A DNA stretch of 64,000 nt, from NCBI GenBank assembly GCA_008632985.1, contig QPGO01000261.1:1-64000 (forward strand). The letters run 5' to 3'. Below are positions 38,325 through 52,295 of this stretch, piece after piece (within the stretch, counting starts at the first letter, position 1; each line of letters begins with the position of its first letter). The DNA comes from Psammoneis japonica (taxonomy: Eukaryota). The notes under the pieces are model-generated. The model saw only the letters and a list, made by a program, of their open reading frames with translations, was not told the DNA's origin and did not search any database. The translations under genes were made by a program, and so were the position numbers.

Positions 38325-39132
38325 TGCTGCAACACACAGCTGCTGATGAGAGTTGATGCATCACGGCGACGTGTTGCAGCCTTTAAATGTCACAAAGGGC
38401 ATGACAAAAATGACCTTTTGTCTGCATGCATGCTGCATTGTCCCTGCTTGTGCACACGAACCACCTGGTGGCTCGTGTGCATTTTTGGGTGCACGCGAAC
38501 CACCTGGTGGTTCGTGTGCACCCTGCGCAAAATCCTGCGTAGATTTGCACCGAGTTAAATCTGAGTGCCTGCATCTGCAGTGGGATCTGTGTGAAAACGC
38601 ACTCGAAACGTGTCCACCGAGCCGGCAGTCATGTGCCGGCCGTCGTGAAAAGCACCCCATGTCTGAGAAAGAGTTCGTCAGGGCCGGCGAACAGCACCCC
38701 TCTATGATGCGATTGGTGCAAAATCTACGTAAATGCACAGAAACCAGCGTGTGGCTTCTGTGCAAATTAGAGCTTGTGAAAAACAAGCAGGGTCATGAAT
38801 TCACAGCGGAGTGGTTCATCGCAACCATTGGGCAGGAGGCCAGGGGTTCGAAACCCTGAGTGGGAGTTGTCTGCAGCAACGTTGATCACTGTCGAACGCG
38901 CAAAACTCTGTGCAGTTCTGCATGTTCCTTCGTGCGCACCCACACTGTTCCGCCAAAACCGTGCAGTGTCAGCACACGTTGGTAAAGAGCCGTGTGGACG
39001 CGTGACACATGGGGAGGAGTGCAACACACAGCTGCCAACAAGAGTCAATGCATCACGGCGACATGTTGCGGCCTTTAAATGTCACAAAGGGCGTGACAAA
39101 AATGACCTTTTGTCTGCATGCACACTGCACTG
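38325..39132. repeat. ~110-bp direct repeats (38325-38440, 39020-39132) enclosing two palindromes
   Basis: TGCAACACACAGCTGC..CCTTTAAATGTCACAAAGGGC..TGACAAAAATGACCTTTTGTCTGCATGCA occurs twice; palindromes at 38451-38481 and 38487-38523. Confidence 0.85.
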
Positions 39133-39480
39133 CAACATGCCGAGTGTCACGGTCATCTGTGTTCATTCGTGGGTGTCAGCCCGGTGTCAAAAGGATGTCA
39201 ACGATGACACTTTCTAGAAACCTCTTCTCTTTTCTCGACACATCTCGATGCCTCTCGAAAGATTGTTTCTTTGTGTTTCTGCGCAGTTTCTTGGTGTTAA
39301 TTCTGTGAGATTTCGGAGCAGCCGAATCTCTTTCATTTCTTCTCACAACATTGGCAACAGTCAACTTTACAACGCCATTTTACACTGCCACTTGGCACCA
39401 CTTGGCACAGCAAATTTGCTCCCAAATGCTTGTTCATCTCTCTTGAGACATGTCCACCGACCACATTGTCCTGACCAGAC

Positions 39481-42400
39481 ATGTCAGCAGAAAACTGCCC
39501 ATTCAAACTCAAGCGTCCTGATCACTCTGAAGAAGAGCGACGCAAACACCAACTCGTGTCTTTTGAAAGCCCCATTGATCCTGACGATCCAGATGGGCTC
39601 AAAACTACGATCGAGGCACAAAAGCCAGCTTCAACTGAACCGGAAGATGTTCTCACCTTCTGGTCAAACTTCGATGAACTTGTCGACGATCTTGGCACGG
39701 CTGAAGGACAGCCACGTTTCCGACTTGTGACCAGACTTATGACCGGAACACCGAAAGACGACTGGGAAATCGTCACAAACGAACACAAAAACCGCGACCA
39801 AGTTGCATTCGATGCTTGTCGCGAAGAATTTCTACTCCAATGCATGGACAGAGAAATTGCCCTTGACACCAAGGAATGGCTTCAAAATCTCAAGAAGCCC
39901 AGGAATCAAACTGTCAAGTCATTTGTTGATGACATCCGTTGCTTTGACAAGTTGATCGACATCATGCCTGCGCCATCCGAAGACAACACCGAAAGGGTTC
40001 CGTCATTCACGGAAGCGGAATTGTCCGTGATCCTTTGAAAATGTGGACCCAGATCATGGGCCGAAACTCAGACTGAAGCCCGTCTTTGCAATTTAAACTT
40101 AAACGACCAAGCTCAATGCTACGAGAGTCTCCGACGCATGGAACAACGTGGTGACAAAAGGTCTGCCGACAACAACAGACGCAACAACAACCGGAGTCGA
40201 TGCAACAACGGTCGAAATGCGCGTCGTGGCCAGAATGACGACCAAAATCGTGATGCCAGGAATAGAAACCAAAACAATCGTGGACAAACATGTCCGATCC
40301 ATGGCGTTGTACATCCAAACGGTCAAGAGTGCAATGTCATCCGTCGTGAACATGAAAATTACGAGCGGAGCCGCGCAAATCGGAGCGCGCCAAATCAACA
40401 AAACAACTCTCGAAACGAGCCGACACATCACCATCCAACACGGAGTCGCACACGAAACGTTGAAAACAACAATGTGGATTCCAGAGCCAGTCGCTCCGCA
40501 TCAAACGACGCCGACAGCGTCGCGTCAGACGACATCAACGACATTTTTGAAGACGCCACATCTCTCCCAGACGATTCTGCTGAATCCGAGGTAGAAGACA
40601 ACCTTGCCACGGAAGCGCGTGTCCAGATGATTGATGCTCATTCTGGAATGCACAAGTTCCGCGTTGCCTCACTCGATGCCGGCGCAAATCGCAACTTTGT
40701 GAAGCGCTCAGCCCTTCGCGGAATTCCTCACAAAATCCGCAAATGTGACGTTCCCGTTAAAGGCCGTTACAGTGCCGTTAACTTGCGCGAAATTGCGACA
40801 CTGACATTGAAGTTTCCAGACTTCGCATCATCCAAGAAAGTTTCCTTCAATGCTTGTGTGGAAGACAAAGCCACAGGAAAACACGACATTGTCATCGGAA
40901 GAAAAACCGCCACAGAAATGGGACTCGTTTTTGATTTTCGACATCAAACAATCACGTGGGACGATGTTGCCCTGTCCATGTGATCTGAAGGTTCTTTCGA
41001 CCAAGTCGAGGTCAACGCGATTCATCCCGGCGATGCTGAGTTACCCAAGTTCTTCCAGAATGCCATCAACCGTCAGGTTTGGGGTGTGACGAGCAACACG
41101 CATGACAAGCGCAATTGTCGCGATGTGGTTTTACGCTGCAAACACCTTGATGATGATCAGCAGCACCAACTCATTGAGCTTTTTGGACGATGTCCGCAAC
41201 TGTTCGATGGCATGCTTGGAGCTGTGCCTGGAAAACCTGTCCATTTGACCCTGAAACCAGGATCACGCCCATGTTGTGCAAAAGCTCACACCATTCCGCA
41301 GGCGCCACATCCCATGGCTTGCAAAGAAGTGGACGAATTGGAAAAAATCGATGTCATTGCACGCAAGCTCCATTCTCCATGGGGAGCACCCTGTCTTTTC
41401 CGATCAAAGAAAAGCAGTGGCATCCGTTTCTTGTCCGACTTGCGAAAGCTCAACGAATGTCTCAAACGGCATCCATGTCCACCACCTGTCATCAACGACG
41501 TCGCATGGAAAATGAACGGATTTACCTGCGCGACTTGTTTGGACCTGAACTGAGGTTGTTGTCACTTTGTGCTTGACGATGAATCAAAAAAACTCTGTGG
41601 TGTCATCCTGCCGTGGGGCAAGCACTGTTGCAACCGCCTGCCACAAGGAATCAAACCAGCAAGTGACATTTTTCAAGCTTGCATGACAGACATTTTTCAC
41701 GACATGGAAGATGTCATGGTCTACATCAACAATGTCATCCTCTTTGCCAAGAATGACTTCAACCATCACTGCCAACGACTCAAACTCGTCTTGCAGCGGC
41801 TCCTTGCGAACAATCTTCACGCACACGTCGAAGAATCCCATCTTGCCGCCAAGACCATCAACTGCTTGGGCTGTGCCATGACTGCGAAAGGCATTCAGCC
41901 TCAAAAGAAAAAAATCCTGCCTTTGCTTTGCTTCGCTCGCCCTCAGAACCGTCGACAATTGCGCGGTTTCATCGGGTTCGTGAATTGTTGCAAAAAATTG
42001 TGGCACCGACGCAGCCACACTCTCGCGCCCTTAACTGCGCTGTCATTGGACAAAGTCAAATTCAAGTGGACTGACGTCCACACCGAAGCTTTCAATCAGA
42101 TGAAAAAATTGTGGCGCGCGAAATCCTCCTCCGATTCCCCGACTTCTCTCGACCTTTCAAGATCTATCCGGACGCGAGTGATTGTCAACTTGGTGCAGTG
42201 ATTGCTCAAGATTTTGATGATGGCGAATGGCCAATTGCACCCCACAGTCGAAAATCATCTCTGGCACAACGAAGCTGCACAATGATGGAAAAAGAACTGC
42301 TGTTGCTCGTCGAGACGACCGAAAATTTCAAGAGCATCCTTTTTGGCCATCGATGCTGCCTTTTTGCCGATCACAAAAACCTTGCATTTGACAAATTCAA

Positions 42401-43702
42401 GTCAGAGCGCGTCAAACGTTGGCGCTTGCTTCTCAAAGAGTGCGGTTGCTCTTTGAATGCTCGCCAGGCCACAAGAATGTCGTGGCTGATTTTTTGAGTC
42501 GCCACCCTGTCGTCCAAGTCGACCAAAGCGACCACAAGGAAATGACTTCATTGGAAATCGATCCTCAGACATTCCCCATTACTTTCGACATTGTCGCCGA
42601 CCATCAGAAAAAAGATTCTGCTCTCCAGCAGTGGCTCGACAAGTCTGAATCCTGCTCAGCCAAACCACTCAACAGAGAACAGATCATCCTTTGCAAAGAC
42701 AAGATTGTCCTCCCTCCAATGCTTTTTCCTGCAGTTCTGCATTGGCATCATGAAACTCTCTGCCATCCTGGTGCCAATCGCACCTGTCAAACCTTGGCTT
42801 CACATTTTTACATCCGCGACATGCAGACGAAAGTCCGTGCTTTTGTCCACAAATGCCACATGTGTTCCAAATCCAAGCGCACCACAGCAAACTGTGGTGA
42901 ACTGCCTCTTCCAGATGCTGTTTACAAGCCTTGGCAAGCAACTCAAGTCAATCTTTTTGGTCCCTGGACGCATGCTGACAAGAATGGTGCCGATCGCAAA
43001 ATCAGAGCCGTTTCGATTGTTGACATCGCAACCCGTTGGATCAAACTCGTGAACCACAAGTCCAAAACGTCTGAAGACATTTCACTTGTCGTTGATTGCG
43101 AGTGGTTTTGTCACCATCCGCGACCAGAAATTGTTGTTTGTGACAACGGCTCTGAATTCACTTCCGAGCCCACAGATCTCCTCTGCAGTTGTGGTGTTAA
43201 ACTGAAACCCACAACAATCAAGAATCCTCAAGCCAATGCGTTCATTGAACACATTCATCAAGCAACAGCCGATTCTCTCCATGCGATGGATCTCCCTTCT
43301 TGCAATTGTGATGAAGACACAATTCATGGAATTTTGCAATCCGTTGCATGGGCCTTGCGCAGCACCTGCCACACTGCCCTCATGTCATCTCCCGGACAAA
43401 TTGTCTTCGGTCGAGACATGGTCATTTCCGCTGCTTGTCTTGCAAACTGGAAAATGATTGATGCCCGTCACAAGCGCGATGTCCTGCGCAACAATCTCCA
43501 TGAAAACGCAAAACGTCTTGCTTGCGACTGCAACATCGGTGATCAAGTCTTCGTCATGACCAAAGACATCCAACGCAAACTCAACACCAAAGATGGTCCC
43601 TTCCGCATTGCACGTGTCCATGCCAATGGAACCGTTGCCATCCAGTGCTCGCCTCACGTCACCGAACACATCAACATCTGCCGTCTTCACCCTGTCTTCT
43701 AA
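39481..43702 (+). pseudogene. gypsy gag-pol (Gag, protease, RT, RNase H, integrase)
   Basis: Protease LDAGA..HDIVIGR; RT DLRKLN, RLPQG, YINN (from YIDD); RNase H DASD..EKELL..DHKNL; integrase HPG..CHMC, CDNGSEF, ANAFIE. In-frame TGA stops at 40036, 40981 and 41551; frameshifts near 42110 and 42455. Confidence 0.93.
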
Positions 43703-44996
43703 CGCCTCAATTGGGGAAGCGAGCGCCGAGTGTCACGGTCATCTGTGTTCATTCGTGGATGTCAGCCCGGTGTCAAAAGGATGTCAACGATGACACTTTC
43801 TAGAAACCTCTTCTCTTTTCTCAATGCATCTTGATGCCTCTCGAAAGATTGTTTCTTAGCATTGATTCTACAAGATTTCGGAGCAGCCGAATCTCTTTCA
43901 TTTCTTCTCACAACATTGGCAACAGTCAACTTTACAACGCCATTGGTTCCTCCTCTTTTAGGTGGAACTCTCTAGATCGAAGTCTGAAACCGAAAGATTT
44001 TGGATTGCTGCCCTCGCCACTGTCAGAAAATAGAGCCATGACGATTGCCTGCACCAATCATTTTGCTGCATTTTGCGCCGGGCGTTTGAATTAATTGCAA
44101 CACATGACGGTTGTTTCGGTGCACACTTTTGCGCAACCAACGCGACATGACCAATGTGCGTCAGTGTGTGGTGCTGGTTGTTTTGCTTCTGACCGTTCTG
44201 TCTTCTGTGAGGTTTCATGAGGCTGTCTCTGCACATTGATGTTGTCCAGTTGTGCATGTTGATGTTGTCTAAGGCAAGCTGCGTTGGATTAAGTGAGTGT
44301 GGAAATGTACGAAATTTACGCGTTGTTGCAGTTTCTTTGCCAAACAGTCAGCCCTTGTTCATGGCCATGCTCAATCCGCGGCGGCTTAAGTGAAAGTCCA
44401 TGTGCATGCATTTTGCTTGTTGATGCGGTTGTCTTTGCCAAACAGTCATTTGCAACTTGCTCAATTCCATTGTTTCTGGCCATGCTTCTTCTGAAGGGAC
44501 TTTGCTTGCTCCTTCTCCTGCTCTGCCATCTCCTCCTCGGTGAAAAATCTCCCCGACCGCTGTGGAATCACCGCTGCATGTGCTGCCTTTAGCTCCTCCA
44601 TGGTTGAGTCATCCTTGGGCGCGACCGTTGTTTCCACATGATGACTGTCCGCTGTCGTGTTGTCTTGCACAAGTGCAGAAGTGACATCAAAATTTCCCGA
44701 GGTGAGGTCAAACGCCACTCTTGCTTCTTCCAAGGTAATCTCCTCTTCGTCTTCCTTGTTCATCAATGACTGAAGAAGTTCCGCACGTGTCTGCACCTTT
44801 TTCTTGTCCTCACCAGTTTTCTTTGGCTCATCTGCCTTCTTTGTTTGTTGTTGCAAATCCATGTTTTCTCTGTTGCTGCATTTTCTGTGACGGTTGCGTT
44901 CGCGTTTCTTGGTTTGTTGGTTAAAATCCATTCGACGTTGTGTGACGCATGTGCAGATTTCCACGCAATGTGCTGATCTAATTGAAACACATCACT

Positions 44997-47900
44997 TTAC
45001 GAAATTTCCACATTTTTGCGGTTGGGGTCGCCAAACAGTTGCACAGTGGTTGAGCATCCTAATCCAATGTTTGCGCACTGCATCAACATTTCTGCGTGCT
45101 GTTGCTGAGAAAAACATGTGGCGCTTCTCTCCTTCATGAGTCTTGTCAAGGCTTCGCAGCCTTCTGGGACCTTGCATTTTTGCAGGTCCTTGCTTGGTGG
45201 CTTTCGCATGAACAGCCCTTCTCTGGTCTTTGCTCTGGAGAGCACAACATGCACCCAATTCTGAGTGTAGCTCCAAGAGTGTGCAAACAACTGCGGGACT
45301 CCACTCCCTTGCAGTTTGTGCCCTGCAGTGGCATTGTTGATGACAAACGGCAGCTGGGTTGCCTTCAGTTGGAAAGTGTGCCTTTGTTTGTCGCCTTCTT
45401 CTAAAATTAGGCTGGGCTTGGCGATGCAAGCCCTGAAAGCATTTGTTTTTGGCTCAACTAAAAACTTCGCGGGGTCGATGCTTTTGTTGCAGTGTTCCAA
45501 TGCATCGTGGTCTACCTGACTGGCAAGCACAGCAGGAATGCTGATGTTGTTGTCTAAAGTCACCAGTCTTGGTTCCTGTCCTGGTTTGAGAACGACCTCG
45601 TCAACAGTGGCTTGCGTTCCATTTGCTTGACCGTTTGCTGCATTTTCATTGAAAGGTGTCATGACTCTGCATCTTCTGTAAATTCGTAAGACTGGGTCCA
45701 TTCTTCCTGATTGCATGATGACGTCTCCTTCACCACAGTTGTTCCAGAAGCTGTTGCAAACCGGAAATGGTTGGCAGAGTCTCGTGCCATTCTGCACCTG
45801 CAAGTCGTCACTGAAAATCAACATTGAGTCAAGGACGTCTCCATCTCTTCTGTGCAGTGTTTCTGCTCTTTTTTCGAATGGGCCAGTGTTGATTGCATCT
45901 CTGTCCTTGTTTGCGTGCGCAGCATGGCGGAGGTCACTGGACAGATCATCTTCATTCTGAACCACTCGTTCGTTGATGTGCTCTACATCGTCAACTGCAA
46001 TCTCACCAGTGCGGAATCTCTCAAGCAGTTTTCCCCATGATGGATCGTCTTTAAACCTGTGCACACCACGAAGTTCTATGCAGCAGCTGATCCACTCGTG
46101 AAACTCGGGACATGCATCTTTGCACAGTGGTTTCACTCCTTTTCCGACTGGCTCTAGTTGCCTGAGGTCACCTGCAAAAACAATGTTGACACCACCGCGC
46201 GGCTTGCTCAATTCGCTCTTCAATGCTGTTAAATTCTCATGGAGTTTTTCTAGTTCTCTCTTGCTTGCAAAAGAAATCTCGTCTGCCACCAAAAGTCTCG
46301 TGTCTGACCATGCTTCAATTTGCTCTTCGGTTGTTTGCTTTCTTCTCATGAGGCATGCAACTCGGTGGATTGTGTCCCCTTTGAGAACAGTCGCAGCCAC
46401 TCCGGTCAGTGCAGTTGCTCTGATTGTGCTTGTTGTGAACGGCTGCTCAACAAGCGAGCAATGCTCTCTTCCGCATTCCACGACGAGGTCCATTGTGGTT
46501 GATTTGCCACTTCCACCTGCACCATGTAAAAAACACACAAGTTGCAACGTTCCACGTCTTTGCACTTCCACGAGTTTCTTCAATCGGCGAAGGTTTGTTG
46601 CGAATTCGTGTCTGCCATTTCTCCTGTTAAGTCCATTGCGTGACGTCTTGTCTTGAAGAGCGTCTTGGCAGCAAGTGAGCACAAAGGTTCCTGCTAGAAT
46701 TTCAAAGGCACGCTGCTGTTGCCCATCCAGTCTTGCTTTCCTGGCCCAGTCTACGATGCTCACTGCAGATCCGTTTGCTTGACGTACATCGACGTGTTCT
46801 TCCAAACCTGTTGTGTCCTCAAACGACCTTCTTGTTCTTTGCGTTCTAGTCAGTGTCACTCAAACAATGTCATCTCTTGACAGAGGTCTGCTGTGGATGT
46901 GTTGTTGCACTCCTTCATTCTGGTCTTCCTCGTCGGTGTCATCGCCGCCCTCTAGATTCTCAAAAAGTTGTCGTTCATCAACCTGGCTTTCCTCGTTTGG
47001 TGGGTCAGTGTGCATGTCTGCCAAGCATTTGCAACCACCCATGTGTGAACCTTTCTGTCTTGCACGTTTGCTGCTCAAATGCGCAGGAATGACTGCTTGG
47101 TTGCTCAACCCAATGTCATCGTCTTCTGGCTGCTCTGCCATTTCTTCCAAAAGTGCATCCAGCAGTTGACCCTGAATGGCGCCTGAAAGACCTTCTTCCT
47201 CGTCACTTTCGCAACAGTCAAACGCAACGTCAGCAGGTCTAAATTGCTCCGTCTTTCTTTGAAGATCGTCAGATGTGCTTTTGAGACGAAGGCAGTTGGA
47301 CTTGGCATCCTGCAGGTTCTGCAAGAAGTTCAAGTTTTCCTCTGCAATGACACCGGCTGCTGCGGAGAGTTGGAATTCACACAGGCATGCATGGGTCATT
47401 GGTTTGAGTTCCGTCATTGTTCTGCAAGGTGCAAACAAGGCCAATGCCAACTTGCAGCACAATTCTTTGTCCAGTGTTGTTGGTTGCTGCGGATCTGTGA
47501 GGCAACTGCCAAACTTGGCTGCATCAGGAAAATCATGCTGAAGTGCTTTTAACAATCGCGGTTGCTGTCGCTGTCTGACACCTTGAAGAAACTTGTTCTT
47601 CGTTGAATCACAAGACAGGTGCCTGTGTGCTCTGTTGTCGAACATCATCATGCCATGTTCGTTTTTCCTTGTGTTGCGAAGAACTTCGCACTCACTAAAA
47701 AATGCAAACGGACTGAGATTCTCCAGTGCTGTTGGACGACATGGGCAGTGCAAGGCCTGGCATTGGAAGAATGGTGCATCGCCAAAATGGGCTACAGTCG
47801 CAGACACTTCGTCTCTTTCTAGTGTGCTGACAATGTCTTTCAAGGGGCACCATGCGGTCAAATGAGATTCGATGAAACGGCTTCCGTTCCTTGTCATGTA

Positions 47901-50727
47901 AGACGCAAGTGGTGGTCCAATGACGTTCGTCTTGTCATGCGAACAAGCACCCCATGTGAGACGTCTGATTGCTTCCGATGCATCAGATGCATGTTTCCGT
48001 AATTCCGTTGCCATCCTGTTTGCAGTTTGAAGCACTTCGTCGTACGATGCAGTGTCATCTTTCTGGGCATCTTTTAGGATGCACTTGGTCGTGCATTGAG
48101 CAGACGGTCCAGGCATCAACAAAGCAATGTTTGTGTTGCATGTCAGTTTTGATCTGCTTGTTGCAGGGCATGACACGTCTTGAAAAGCATTGTGCTTTCT
48201 CCTCTTCGGAACAACTTCCTTCACGTGCCAATGCGCAAAAGTTCCATCCCAGCTGAACCACTTTATCTGAGTGTCATCTGCATTCCTTGCCAAATCATTT
48301 GGACACAAAGCAGCTGGTTGCCTGTGACGGCAGTCACCCAGTTTGAGCTCCTCTCATTTCCTTTTCCTTGACTGCATGTCCAGCTCCTCGTGTGGGGTTT
48401 TTTCACGCATTTTGTGCAACTCTGCGCATTTGGGAAAACACGACTTGTAATGTGCATGTGATGGTTGTAAGCTGCGTCCGGCACACATGCCTCCATTGTC
48501 CCTTGCGGACCACTTCGCTGGTGTTGCACACACATTGTTTTTAGTTGCTTTGCATGGTTGTCTGGACAGCGAGTCAGGCCAGGTGCACGGTGCCGTGACT
48601 GTAAAAAGCTTTCTACAAACTCGACGTTTGTCCAGTGCTTGGTGCAGTGACGACAACAAGCAAACATTCCGTTCTTCGACTGCTGGCCGTCTTTGTGCCT
48701 CAGGTTTCTTAGCTGTTGGTCGTCCACTGCTTTTGGAGAGGTGCGATGCATTTTTGGCACTGTGCAGTCATGATCGAATGCTTCACGCAACGCGTTAGTG
48801 CTGAAGTCCTCGCTGCAGATTAATTCCATGCTGCAGATCTTCTGAACTGTGTTGGCAAGGCACTCAGCACCTTCGCGTCGGATCTGTCTTGTTGGCGAAT
48901 GCAGTTTCTCTCTTGCATTGTGATCGATGCGAGCCAGATCTGCATGTGTCCGTGCACTGTCAGACGTCCCTGCTCCTCAACTGTGGCTAAAAATGTGGCT
49001 GGCCTGCCAATGCAGAAGTTAAAGTTTTCTCTTGGTTGGTCAGTGCTCAGATCCCAACCCACTGCCTCTTCTGTTGCAATGTCAAACAAGCACTCAAGTG
49101 CAAAGGCTGTTAGACCGGGAAACTTTAGACGCAGTTCATTACGTTGCTTGGCCCTGCTGGCAAGAATTTCGTCTGTCAGTTGTGTCACGTCTTCGTTTGG
49201 GTCCAGGATGACACCCGAGCACAGTTGCACAAGAAACGAATTTGCATCGTCCGGACTGACGGTTAAGAAAATGCCACCCTGACCAAAATGATGCTGACAA
49301 GTTTCGGCGTTTCTCCTCATTTTCTTTGCTGCTTTGTCACTGTGTGGCAGAGACGCAGATGCAATGTCGAGTGCGCGCAAAAAGTGGTGCCCGAGTCCAT
49401 GGTCTCTTCTCTTGCCCAAGTTGCGATCACAAACAGCTCCATCCACATCGTCCGCTGTCAGTTCGTTTGCAAACTGTGCAGCCTGATTCTTGTCCCTGAC
49501 TTTCCACCCTGTGCTCTGCAGCATCCTTTGCTTCATTGTCAAGTTGTGGCATGTTAACACGAAGAGCTGCTCGTGGAAGTGAGGCTGGGAAATCCGTGCC
49601 AAGTGGTCGGCACAGTGTGCAAGGTTGGTGCCATCTGCAAGACTTCCGTCTTTCTTCATTCTCGTCTCATTGATTCCTCCTCTGCCAAAAGGAAACTGCA
49701 GCAGACACGCGTCAATGAAGTTGTTGCCTTTGAAATCACTCGCAGATTCTTCAGACAACTGTGCTTGCACCTCTAAATCAAATCCGTTGGCAGCAGCTTC
49801 GTGTGCAAGATCTTTGAAGCAGTCCAGGTTGCGCTGACCACCGGTCGCAGGAGACATGGTTCCATCAGGAAAGTGAACATGAAATGACTCTGAGGTCTCA
49901 ATGTTCGTGTTTTCTCCTTCTTCTTTGCTGGTGCTGTCGACAAGCACGGGATTCCGCAGATTACGCCCAACTTCGTCTAGATTCATCTGTTGGCACACCC
50001 ACTCTTGGTTGTGGTGCAACAGCCATTCCATCGCCCTTGGCATGCAGTGCGCCCTAATTCTGTTCTTTGAACGCGCAAGTTGTCTTTGCTCCGGAGTCAT
50101 CTTTCCAGTCATCAGTGCAATCACATTCTGATGTAAATTCAGCACGTCGAAGTGCACAACAGTTCTTACGATGCTTTGCATCTTGACTTTGCAGTGTGTC
50201 AGACTTCCCTGAAGCTTCTTCTGTTTGCCGCCAAGGCAACTGAAGCAGCATCCGCATGTTTTCACTGGTGTGAGCATTGCCAATTCTGCTTCGGTTAGAG
50301 ACAACAGTTTGTGCGGCAGGGTGCCGAAACAGCAGTTGTTCGCTGTCGCGTGCATTGGCACAATGGCTCTTCCCAGGCTTCTTCGGCATTCGCTGCAGCA
50401 AGTGAATCCATCGACGCGTTGTCTGTCTTCCTGTGCTGCGTGTTGGGCACGGGGAGAAAGCAGCAGGTCTTTGATCCAATCAGCATCTTCATGCTCTGCA
50501 GTGCAGCAGGACTTGAGACGATCAGATGTGCTGTTCCAGTCTGAAGGGGTGAGTGAGTTTCTTGCTGATTCCAATGTTTCGAGCGGCAAGTGGCAAACTT
50601 CTCTAGGTTTCAGCAGAATGTCACAGACTGAACATGCGTGTGGTCTAAATTCTCCATCTCTGTGTGGACAAAGCATCTCAAACTTTCCATTGATTGCATT
50701 GCAAACACGGGAGTTGGCCTCGTCCAT
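44997..50727 (-). pseudogene. Helitron Rep-helicase (HUH endonuclease plus PIF1 helicase), fragmented
   Basis: CLLQFPFGRGG, IFLTVSPDD, HUH motif VEEQGRLTVHGHMQIW; PIF1 motifs HGAGGSGKS, ALTGVAA, DEISF, GGVNIVFAGDLRQLEPV, HKLQG, VVLSR. In-frame TGA at 46860 and frameshifts at ~48300-48900. Confidence 0.92.
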
Positions 50728-50819
50728 TTTAATTTAAGCTGACACTTTGGCTCAACAAATTTCAAGAAGTCACTCAGCAAAAACAGTTGTTTTTTCAGTG
50801 CGATCACCGTGAAGCTGCG

Positions 50820-51495
50820 ATCGGTGCCATCCAATCACCACAGCGATGTGTGTTTTCTCACCACCTGCAGCACTGCAACTGGTGTCGTCCAGTCACCACA
50901 GTGGTTCTGTCTGGTTGATCAGCGAACCGCGTCGGTGCCATCCGTTCACCACAGCACTGTGTCGTCTTCTCACAACCTGTGCAATCAGGTTGCTGTGAGC
51001 ACTGCGACTGGTGCTGTCCAGTCACTGCAGCCGAGTTGATTGGTTGCTTGACGAACTGTGTCGGTGCTGCCCGATCACCGCAGCGTTGTGTCGTGTTCTC
51101 ACAACCTGTGCGATCAGGTCTCTGTGAGAGCTGCAACTGGTGTCGTCCAGTCACTGCAGCTGAGCTTGTGCGTCATCTCACAGCCTGCGTTGCGAGGTGC
51201 AGCGCTGTGTTGTTTGCTCACAACCTGTGCAATCAGGTCGCTGTGAGAGCTGCGACTGGTGTCGTCCAGTCACCGCAGCCAAGTGAATCAGTTGCTTGAT
51301 GAACTGCGTCGGTGCCATCTGATCACCGCAGCATTGTGTCGTGTTCTCACAACCTGTGCAATCAGGACTCTGTGAGAGCTGCGACTGGTGTCATCCAGTC
51401 ACCGCAGCTGAGCTTGTGCGTCATCTCACAACCTGCATTGCCAGGTCACTGTGAGAACTGAGAACTGCGATCGGTGTGGCCCAATCACCGCAGTT
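50820..51495. repeat. Degenerate tandem repeat (~110-130-bp units, about 5 copies) upstream of Rep
   Basis: Recurring TCGGTGC..TCACC.CAGC, CTCACAACCTGTGC.ATCAGG and CTGC.ACTGGTG..GTCCAGTCAC.GCAG. Confidence 0.85.
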
Positions 51496-52295
51496 GGATG
51501 CTTTTCGTTTCCCTTTGCGCAAAGGTTCTGTCACAAAAAAGTGAGACGAAAGTGTGCCTCTTTCACCTCGACGGAAGAGTGACGTGCGCGTTCCTCCCAT
51601 GTCCTTCTTCGCACCAGACGTGCGACACCCTGCTCAGTTTCGTCGACATTGAACATCCCATGGGATGAGATTTGGATCTTGTTCAAGTTGTTTCGACCAT
51701 CTGCTCTGAACATTCCATGGGGTGAGATTCAGATCTTGTTCAAGTTGTTTCGGCAATCTTGGTGGTGGGCGCAGCTTTACGTGAATTCCGCAGAATCATG
51801 CTTTAACGAGTGGCGGGGCAGTTGAGTTGGTCGTGTGGCAACAACAATGCGATTGACGTCATTCGTGTTTCCAAAGTGCGCGCGAATCCTCCAAATGGGT
51901 GATGGGCCCACCTTAGCTGGCTGCCGGCACAGCAGTGACAGCGATGGCGTCGACCGTTTGGCGACTGGATTTCGTGTGCGATGGCCACGCGGCAGCAACG
52001 GCTGAAATGCACACGAAGCACGGACGGAATTGCACGTGATTTTATGCATTTTCAGCAAACTCAGCGCGACTTTGCGTGCTCCGATCCTTGCATCTGTTTT
52101 GTTCAAATTGAATCCATGCACCACTTGCAAGTGCTGACACCTGGAAGGTCACCTTGTTGCAGTTCGACGTGTTTGGATCTAGTTGCTGACGTTGCCAGTT
52201 CTCCTTGGTGTGATGTGCGCAGCTCCACTGGGTCTTTCTTGGCACTTCTGAACGATCGCACTTTTTGTTCCCACAATTTCTCTCCGACTGATTCG

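Noticed and set aside
40036..41553. Stop readthrough or selenocysteine at in-frame TGAs of gag-pol
   Set aside because: More simply explained by CGA-to-TGA decay, which is directly demonstrable in the RPF1 pseudogene.
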